Below are positions 53,332 through 59,375 of a stretch of DNA of 59,375 nucleotides, one piece after another. Location: positions 1 through 59,375 of the forward strand of contig CAZKDU010000001.1 of NCBI GenBank assembly GCA_964551485.1. Reading direction: 5' to 3'. The notes under the pieces are model-generated. The model had not been told where the DNA came from and ran no database searches. It saw nothing but the letters and a program-made list of their open reading frames with translations. Position 1 is the first letter of the stretch, and every line of letters starts with the position of its first letter. The DNA comes from an uncultured Burkholderiaceae bacterium. Its GTDB lineage: Bacteria; Pseudomonadota; Gammaproteobacteria; Burkholderiales; Burkholderiaceae_C. Position numbers and translations under genes: made by a program.

Positions 53332-54831
53332 ATGGCAAACCAACTGACTCAGCACATTGCCAGCCGCGCGCGGAGCACGGATTTCGTGTTCATGGGCATG
53401 CTGCTGCCCAACCCGGACCCGATCTTGAAGGCGCAGGGCCGAGACATTCGGGTGTACCGTGACATGCGCTCGGACGCGCTGATTGGCGGGAGCATTCGCC
53501 GCCGCAAGAGCGCGGTGAAGGCCCTGGACAACGGGGTGGACCGTGGCCGCTCGGCCAGCCGCGTGACCAAGGCGGTGCAGGAGATGCTGCAAGGCCTGGA
53601 CCTGGATGGGCTGATTGGCGACACGCTGAACGCGTGCTTTTACGGCTACCAGCCCCTGGAGGTGATGTGGGAGCGGCGCGGCGCCATGCTGGTGCCGGCC
53701 AGTGTGGTGGCCAAGCCGCCGGAGTGGTTTGGGTTTGACGCGGACAATTTGCTGCGCTTCAAGTCGCGCGAAGCGCTGCTGCACGGCGAGGAGCTGCCGC
53801 CGCGCAAGTTCTTGCTGCCGCGGCAAGAGCCCACTTACACCAACCCCTATGGCTTGCCCGACCTGAGCATGTGCTTCTGGCCCCTGGTATTCAAGAAGGG
53901 GGGCATGAAGTTCTGGCTGGCCTTTGTGGAGAAGTACGGCAGCGCGTTTGCCTTGGGCAAGCTGCCCAGGGGGGCGTCGGACAAGGACCGCACGCTGTTG
54001 CTGGACAGCCTTGAGGCGTTGATCCAGGACGGGGTGGCCACGATTCCCGACGATGGCAGTGTGGAGCTGCTGGAGATGGCGGGCAAGAGCGCCAGCTCTG
54101 ACTTGCACCAGGCGCTGGTGATGCACTGCCGGGGCGAGATTTCGATTGCGCTGCTGGGCCAGAACCAGACAACGGAGGCGAGCGCGAACAAGGCCAGCGC
54201 CACGGCCGGCCTGGAGGTGACGGAGGACCTGCGCGACGCGGACGCGAAGCTGGTGGCGGCGACGGTGAATGAGCTGATCAAGTGGTTCTGCGAGCTGAAC
54301 TTTGCGAGTGTGCTGCCGCCGGTGTTCAGCCTGTGGGACCAGGAGGCGCAGGACCGGCTGCAGGCCGAGCGGGACAAGAGCAACTACGCGGCGGGCGCGC
54401 GTTTCACGAACGCGTATTTCATGCGCGCCTACGGCTACCAGGAGGGTGACTTGCAGTACCAGGCACCGGGGGGCACCACGCCCTTGGCGTCTGCGGCCGG
54501 CGGCCGGGTGGTACCGGCGGCAGAGCCGGAGCAGGACGCGGCCGCGTTTGCCGAGGCCGCGCTGCAGGTGGCTGGCGCAGACCCCATGGCGGCCGAGGTG
54601 GATGAGCTGGCGGCCGCTGCGGCGCCGAGCTGGACGGGCATGGTGCGCCAGCTGGAGGCGCTGGTGGCAAGGGCGGAGTCGATGGAGCAGCTGCAGGCGG
54701 CGCTGCTGTCGGCCTACGGCGGTGCACCCGAGCTGACCCGTGTCATGGGCGCGGCCATGGCGCTGGCGGAACTGCGCGGCATGGCGGCGGTGCAGGCCGA
54801 GTCGGGTGATGATGGAGCGGCCGGTGCCTGA
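53332..54831 (+). CDS. portal protein (DUF935, Mu gp29-like)
   Basis: 499 aa. Position and sequence (...YGYQPLEVMWE...FKKGGMKFWLAFVEKYG...) fit Mu-type portals. Confidence 0.9.
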   Translation: MANQLTQHIASRARSTDFVFMGMLLPNPDPILKAQGRDIRVYRDMRSDALIGGSIRRRKSAVKALDNGVDRGRSASRVTKAVQEMLQGLDLDGLIGDTLNACFYGYQPLEVMWERRGAMLVPASVVAKPPEWFGFDADNLLRFKSREALLHGEELPPRKFLLPRQEPTYTNPYGLPDLSMCFWPLVFKKGGMKFWLAFVEKYGSAFALGKLPRGASDKDRTLLLDSLEALIQDGVATIPDDGSVELLEMAGKSASSDLHQALVMHCRGEISIALLGQNQTTEASANKASATAGLEVTEDLRDADAKLVAATVNELIKWFCELNFASVLPPVFSLWDQEAQDRLQAERDKSNYAAGARFTNAYFMRAYGYQEGDLQYQAPGGTTPLASAAGGRVVPAAEPEQDAAAFAEAALQVAGADPMAAEVDELAAAAAPSWTGMVRQLEALVARAESMEQLQAALLSAYGGAPELTRVMGAAMALAELRGMAAVQAESGDDGAAGA

Positions 54832-56026
54832 ACCCGGGTTTGACGTGGGGTTCAACACCCCATGGGAGCCACAGATTGCGTTTCTGCGCAACAAGCTGCG
54901 GTTGCCCAGCGAGCGTTGGGACGACATTCAGCGCAGCGCGCATGACCGGGCCTTCATGGTGGCCGGGGCGGTGCAGGCGGACTTGCTGGCAGACCTGCAC
55001 CAGGCGGTGACGCAGAGCATTGCCGAGGGCACCGGGCTGGAGGCGTTTCGGCGTGATTTCAAGGAGATTGTGGCCAGGCGCGGCTGGACGGGATTCACCG
55101 GCAGCGACAGCCAAGCTGGGCTGGCCTGGCGGACACGGGTGATCTACCAGACCAACCTGAGCACGAGCTATGCGGCCGGGCGGTACAAGCAGCTGACCGA
55201 GCCCGGGTTTGCAAAGCTCAACCCGTATTGGCGCTACCTGCACAATGACTCGGTGCTGCACCCGCGGCCGCAGCACGTGGCCTGGCATGGCCTGACGCTG
55301 CCGCGCGAGCACGCTTTCTGGGCGGCCCACTTTCCGCCCAATGGCTGGGGGTGCCAGTGCCGGGTGACGGCGGTGAGCCGGCGCGAGGGCGAGGCGAGTG
55401 CGCGCGCCGGGGTTGGGGAACCGCCCGAGGGCTGGAACACGCGCGATGGCAAAACCGGGGCGCCGGTTGGAATCGACCGGGGGTTCGACTACACGCCTGG
55501 CGCGAGCGTGGACACGTCGCTGCGGCAGTTGGTGCAGGACAAGCTGATCACGTACCCGCCGGCCATTGCGACAGCGCTCTCGCGCGACGTGACCCGCTAC
55601 CTGAATGCCACGGACGCGCCGGCGGCCTTTGTGGCCAAAGCGCTGGCCGACAAGCAGCTGGTGGAGACGCTGTGGATGGGCTTTGTGGAGGACCCGAAGC
55701 GGCTGAGCCAGGTGCTGGGGCAGGACGTGACGGGCTATCTGGTGACGCTGCCGGCCGAGGCAGCGCGCCATGTGGAGGCCAGCCATGGCATGGATGGGGG
55801 CACGCAGCGGGCGCCTGCGCCTGAGGACTTCAACCGGTTGATGGAGGTGCTGAACGGGGCCGACAGCATCAAGCCAGGGAATGCCACCTCATCCACCGGT
55901 GATCCACGGGTGGTGGTGACGAAAGCCATTGGTGCTGAGGAGTTCAGGGCCGTGTTCGAGCTGCGGCCGGGCAAAAAAAACAGGGCCTTGGCCCTGCTTT
56001 CGTTCGTGGTGAAAGTCACGCAATGA
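54809..56026 (+). CDS. head morphogenesis protein (MuF / SPP1 gp7 family) with a C-terminal extension
   Basis: ...NPYWRYLHNDSVLHPRPQHVAWHGLTLP...FPPNGWGCQCRV (MuF core), plus about 100 extra C-terminal residues. ATG at 54809 within the 54740 ORF. Confidence 0.88.
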   Translation: MMERPVPEPGFDVGFNTPWEPQIAFLRNKLRLPSERWDDIQRSAHDRAFMVAGAVQADLLADLHQAVTQSIAEGTGLEAFRRDFKEIVARRGWTGFTGSDSQAGLAWRTRVIYQTNLSTSYAAGRYKQLTEPGFAKLNPYWRYLHNDSVLHPRPQHVAWHGLTLPREHAFWAAHFPPNGWGCQCRVTAVSRREGEASARAGVGEPPEGWNTRDGKTGAPVGIDRGFDYTPGASVDTSLRQLVQDKLITYPPAIATALSRDVTRYLNATDAPAAFVAKALADKQLVETLWMGFVEDPKRLSQVLGQDVTGYLVTLPAEAARHVEASHGMDGGTQRAPAPEDFNRLMEVLNGADSIKPGNATSSTGDPRVVVTKAIGAEEFRAVFELRPGKKNRALALLSFVVKVTQ

Positions 56027-56136
56027 GGATTCCTCTCGCAAGCCGTCGACCTGTACGTCCGAAACGGGACCGAGTTCTGACTCGGGAGCCGATGCACTTG
56101 CGCGAGGAGCCTCGATTTTAAGAGGAGTGCACGGCC

Positions 56137-56670
56137 ATGACAAGTTTCACCCTGCAGGTTCACGACAAGCTGGTTCGTGACGCCCTGTCCAGGTTGCAGG
56201 CCAGGCTCGAGCAGGCCCAGCCGGTGCTGGAGAGCATTGGCGAGCACTCGGTGGAGCGCATCAAGCGCCGGTTCGAGACCAGCTCGGCCCCGGACGGCAC
56301 GCCCTGGAAGCCCAACAGCCAGTCCACCCTCGACCAGGTCGCCAGCCGCCTGGGGAAGTCGTTCAGGAAAAAGGGTGGTGCGCTCAACGCGAAGGGGCAG
56401 GCCCGGGTGACCGGCAAGAAGCCGCTGATCGGCGAATCGCGGGCGCTGAGCACGCAGATCGTGCGCTTCACCAGCCAGGACAGCCTGACCGTGGCCAGCA
56501 CGCCCATCTACGCTGCGATCCAGCACCTGGGAGGCCAAGCCGGCCGTGGCGGCAAGGTGACGATCCCGGCCCGGCCCTTCATGCCCATCATGCCGGACGG
56601 CCAGCTCTACCCCGAGGAGCGGGACGCGATTCTGCTGGACCTTAACAACTACCTCGCCGACCTCGTTTGA
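56137..56670 (+). CDS. virion morphogenesis protein (Mu G / gp31-like)
   Basis: 177 aa. ...FETSSAPDGTPWKPNS...PLIGESRAL...IYAAIQHLGGQAGRGGKVTIPARPF... AAGAGGAG RBS. Confidence 0.85.
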   Translation: MTSFTLQVHDKLVRDALSRLQARLEQAQPVLESIGEHSVERIKRRFETSSAPDGTPWKPNSQSTLDQVASRLGKSFRKKGGALNAKGQARVTGKKPLIGESRALSTQIVRFTSQDSLTVASTPIYAAIQHLGGQAGRGGKVTIPARPFMPIMPDGQLYPEERDAILLDLNNYLADLV

Positions 56671-56783
56671 GGCCAGAATAGGGGCCTCCAGCCCTCCGCC
56701 GGGCGTTCCGCCGGTGTGTTTCGCGTGAGAAAAGTGTTTTTCGGAGGCCCGTCCCGATTTTTCCCATCAAGGCCCCCAAAATC

Positions 56784-56796
56784 CCCATTTATTGCA
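56784..56796. repeat. candidate prophage terminus (head-gene side), ...CA-3'
   Basis: CCCATTTATTGCA is the reverse complement of TGCAATAAATGGG. Preceded internally by the direct repeats GTGTTTCGCG (56716-56725) and GTGTTTTTCGG (56734-56744). Confidence 0.45.
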
Positions 56797-56991
56797 CCGA
56801 TCCCCCTTGGAATATCTCAATACCCGTCACCTGGGGGTGGTCTACCTGGGCACCCCCCACCTGCCCCTGCCCGCCGGCCGGCCTGTGCACGGCCAGTGGA
56901 CGCCGCCGCCCTCCGCCCCCAGCCCAGGCCCGGTGGTCTGGTCGTTTGTCCTGCCGCCCCATGCCTGCATCCAGGCCCAGGGGGGCGGACG

Positions 56992-57870
56992 GTGAACGCA
57001 CGCGACCTGAGCCTGCCCCCACCCGCCGCCGCCAGCCCGACCCGTGCCAGCGGGCGCGTGGCCGTGGTGCTGCTGCACGGCCTGTGCAGCACGCCGGACG
57101 AGTTGCTCTCGGTGCACAGCGGCCTGCGCGGCGCCGGCCACAGCACCCACGCGCTGCTGATCCCCGGCTACTCCTACGACCGCACTGCCACACGCCAGCG
57201 CGCCAGCCGCTTCGAGACCTGGGTCGACCAGGTCGAGGACTGCGTGCGGACCCTGCGCCAGACCCACGCCCGGGTGGTGCTGGTCGGCCTGTCGGCCGGC
57301 ACCTCGCTGGCCCTGGCCAGTGTGCTGCGCGGCTGCCCGGTCGACGGCCTGGTGCTGCTGTCCACCAGCCTGGTCTACGACGGCTGGGCCATCCCGCGCC
57401 ACCACGTTCTGCTGCCGCTGGCGCTGTACACCCCGATCGGGCGCCTGTGGCGCTACCGGGAGCGACCGCCCTACGGCGTGAAAAACGAGCGCGTGCGCGC
57501 CTGGATCGCCCACGAACTGGCCGAGCGCCAGGTGTCCAGCGCCGGCGCCGCCGTGCTCGGCGTGGACCACCTGCGCGAGCACGACCGCATGAACCGCCAC
57601 GTGCGCCGCCGCCTGCCCGGCATGGCCTGCCCGCCGGTGCTGGCCCTGCACGCCCGCGACGACGAGGTCACCAGCCCGGCCAACGTGGCGCTGCTGCAGC
57701 GCCACCTGAGCTGCCCCGCCTTCACCAGCGTGCTGCTCGACCACAGCTACCACATGATCACCCTGGACAACGACCGCCGCGAGGTGGTGCGGCACTGCCT
57801 GGCCTTCGTGCACGGCATCGACCAGGCGCTGGCCACGCCGGCGCCCCGGCCGGCCGCAGCGGTCCTGTGA
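56992..57870 (+). CDS. alpha/beta hydrolase (esterase/lipase-like)
   Basis: GTG at 56992 within the 56716 ORF. VAVVLLHGLCSTPDEL..., nucleophile elbow VGLSAGTSLAL, ...HSYHMITLD. Confidence 0.8.
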   Translation: MNARDLSLPPPAAASPTRASGRVAVVLLHGLCSTPDELLSVHSGLRGAGHSTHALLIPGYSYDRTATRQRASRFETWVDQVEDCVRTLRQTHARVVLVGLSAGTSLALASVLRGCPVDGLVLLSTSLVYDGWAIPRHHVLLPLALYTPIGRLWRYRERPPYGVKNERVRAWIAHELAERQVSSAGAAVLGVDHLREHDRMNRHVRRRLPGMACPPVLALHARDDEVTSPANVALLQRHLSCPAFTSVLLDHSYHMITLDNDRREVVRHCLAFVHGIDQALATPAPRPAAAVL

Positions 57871-57934
57871 CCCGTGCGCGTCTGTGCCCTCTCCCGCTTC
57901 CCCCACTTGTTTGCCTGACCCGGTTCCCCTGCCC

Positions 57935-58192
57935 ATGAGCGACGCCATCTACCCCCAACTCTGCACCCTGCTGCACGAGCGCTTCCAGCTCGACCCGGCC
58001 CAGTTCAGCCCCGAGCACAGGCTCGAAGACCTGGGCCTGGACTCCCTGGCCCTCATGGAGTTCGTGTTCGCCGTGGAGGACCATTTCCAGCTGCGCATCC
58101 CCGAAGACCAGCTCGACCCGCGCCAGGCAGGCCACACCCTGGACCACCTGAGCACGGTCATCGCCGGCGTGGTGGGCGCCGCACCGCGCTGA
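57935..58192 (+). CDS. acyl carrier protein
   Basis: 85 aa. Phosphopantetheine attachment motif EDLGLDSLALMEF. Confidence 0.85.
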   Translation: MSDAIYPQLCTLLHERFQLDPAQFSPEHRLEDLGLDSLALMEFVFAVEDHFQLRIPEDQLDPRQAGHTLDHLSTVIAGVVGAAPR

Positions 58193-58197
58193 GCCCC

Positions 58198-59375
58198 ATG
58201 GCCCACGAGGACGTCCACATCACCGGCCAGGGCCTGGTCTCGCCACTGGGCCACACACTGGCCGGTTTCCACGAGGCCCTGTTCGCCGGCCGCTCGGCCG
58301 TGGCCGCGCGCACGCTGGCCGTGCCCGGGCTCGACCCCGTGGCCCTGCCCGTGGCCGCCTGCGCCTTCGACGAGCGCCAGGTCCGCCCGCCCTCGCGCGT
58401 GCCGGCCGACCGCGGCACCTCCATGGCCCTGCAGGCCGCCGCCGACGCCATGGCCATGGCCGGGCTGGGCGCGGGTACACACGACCCCGACCGCCTGGGC
58501 GTGTACTGGGGCACCGGCATGGGCGGCGCCGCCACCTTCGACGCCACCTGCCAGGCCCTGTACGCGGAGCAGCGGCGCATGCGCCCCACCACCGTCATCA
58601 CCACCATGCCCAACGCCGCGCTGGGCGAGCTGGCCCTGCAGTTCCAGGCGCGCGGCAGCGCGCTCGGCTACACCTGCGCCTGCGCCTCCTCGGCCGTGGC
58701 CATCGGCGAGGCCCTGCGTGCCTTGCGCGGCGGCTGGATCGACGTGGCCCTGGTCGGTGGCCACGAGGCCATGCTCAGCCCCGGCGTCCTGGCCAGCTGG
58801 CAGGCGCTGCGTGTGCTGGCGCCGGCGGCCGACGACGCGGCACGCGCCTGCCGCCCCTTCGCCCAGGACCGCGCCGGCTTCGCGCTCGGCGAGGGCGCGG
58901 CCGCGCTGGTGCTGGAGTCGGCGCGCCACGCCCGCGCGCGGCGCGGCCTCGCCACTGCGCCTGCTGGGCTACGCCAGCACCTGCGACGCCAGCCACATCA
59001 CCCACCCGGACCCGGCCGGCCAGGCCCGGGCCCTGCGCCTGGCCCTGCACGACGCCGGGCTGGCACCGCAGGACGTCGGCCACGTCAACGCCCACGGCAC
59101 CGCCACCCAGGCCGGCGACGCGGCCGAGGCGGCCTCGCTGGCCCAGGTGTTCGGCGAGCACGCGCCCGCCGTCTGCTCGACCAAGGCCATCCACGGCCAC
59201 CTGCTGGGCGCCGGCGGCGCGATGGAGCTGCTGGCCACCCTGGCCGCGCTCACACACGGGCGCGTGCCGCCCACTGCCCACCTGGACCGGCCCGACCCGG
59301 CCCTGGCCGCGCTCGACCTGGTGCGCGGCGCAAGCCGGCCCGCGCCCGGCCTGCGCCATGCGCTGTCGAACTCGT
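58198..59375 (+). pseudogene. beta-ketoacyl-ACP synthase (KAS I/II family) with an apparent frameshift near 58938. The 3' end lies outside the window.
   Basis: Frame 1 reads ...GYTCACASSAVAIGEA...GEGAAALVLESARHARA. After the GC-repeat at 58931-58947 the KAS sequence continues in another frame (RGAASPLRLLGYASTCDASHITHPDPAGQ...VNAHGTATQAGD...TKAIHGHLLGAGGAME). Confidence 0.75.

Larger units (their letters stand above)
23168..56796. mobile_element. Mu/BcepMu-like transposable prophage, rearranged and apparently capsid-less (boundaries approximate)
   Basis: Contains a DDE Mu-type transposase, MuB-like ATPase, Gam, Ner-like protein and XRE repressor. Also DUF3486/TerL/DUF935 portal/MuF/Mu-G head genes, an SLT-Rz-Rz1 lysis cassette, tape measure and fibres. 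Imperfect 13-bp terminal inverted repeat TGAGATAAATGGG (23168-23180) versus TGCAATAAATGGG (reverse complement of 56784-56796). Host genes resume on both sides. Confidence 0.8.

Noticed and set aside
56051-56067. CTGTACGTCCGAAACGG in the MuF/G intergenic gap resembles CTGTACGAAACG at the left end (23198-23209). This suggested an internal Mu end.
   Set aside because: TGTACGA also occurs inside ordinary coding sequence (49921-49927, 50614-50620). The match needs a 4-nt gap and is in direct rather than inverted orientation, so it is treated as chance.
56813-56819. 7-bp inverted match TGAGATA (23168-23174) / TATCTCA (56813-56819) as the prophage termini.
   Set aside because: A 7-mer inverted match between flanks of about 60 and 150 nt is roughly expected by chance. 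The 11/13 match TG..ATAAATGGG, ending at 56796, is the better-supported terminus.
56716-56991. N-terminal 92 codons of the 56716..57870 ORF (MFRVRKVFFGGPSRFF...).
   Set aside because: This stretch covers the prophage end and intergenic DNA and has an odd composition. The hydrolase-like sequence begins at the GTG at 56992.
1-59375. CRISPR arrays, tRNA, rRNA or tmRNA genes, including as prophage attachment sites.
   Set aside because: No regularly spaced direct repeats and no T-loop-type GGTTCGA.TCC motifs were seen by eye. Mu-type elements insert without tRNA targets. A tRNAscan or Infernal run would be needed to be certain.

Overview
This is a high-GC chromosomal window, probably from a Burkholderiales/Comamonadaceae-type betaproteobacterium (inferred from composition and gene content only). 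All calls come from reading the sequence and the ORF track. No database search was run, so family names are recalled signatures.

(1) 1-23.16 kb is host DNA. It holds the 5' end of mnmG, a secreted hypothetical, a class II aldolase, a cytochrome b/PepSY pair, a low-complexity protein and a DUF5666 lipoprotein. Two heavy-metal-type (CzcCBA-like) RND efflux clusters follow, each with its own OmpR/histidine-kinase pair. The block ends in a frameshifted family-39 glycosyltransferase.

(2) About 23.17-56.80 kb is a roughly 33.6-kb Mu/BcepMu-like transposable prophage.
- Minus strand: Ner-like regulator, DDE transposase, MuB-like ATPase, Gam, then directly a tail assembly chaperone with a -1 frameshift site, an 1863-aa tape measure, tail and fibre genes, a Dam-type methylase and a 5-gene end operon.
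- Plus strand: XRE repressor, a low-GC two-gene membrane cassette, holin/SLT/Rz/Rz1, DUF3486 small terminase, large terminase, portal, MuF and Mu-G-like protein.
- No protease/scaffold, major capsid, head-completion or tail-tube genes are present, and the module order is non-collinear.

(3) 56.99-59.38 kb is host DNA again: an alpha/beta hydrolase, an ACP and a frameshifted beta-ketoacyl synthase that runs off the window.

No rRNA, tRNA or CRISPR array was seen. The best candidates for something new are the repressor-linked low-GC membrane cassette (47.69-49.19 kb), the scrambled capsid-less prophage architecture, and the promoter/operator/GATC-controlled end operon (23.2-24.6 kb).
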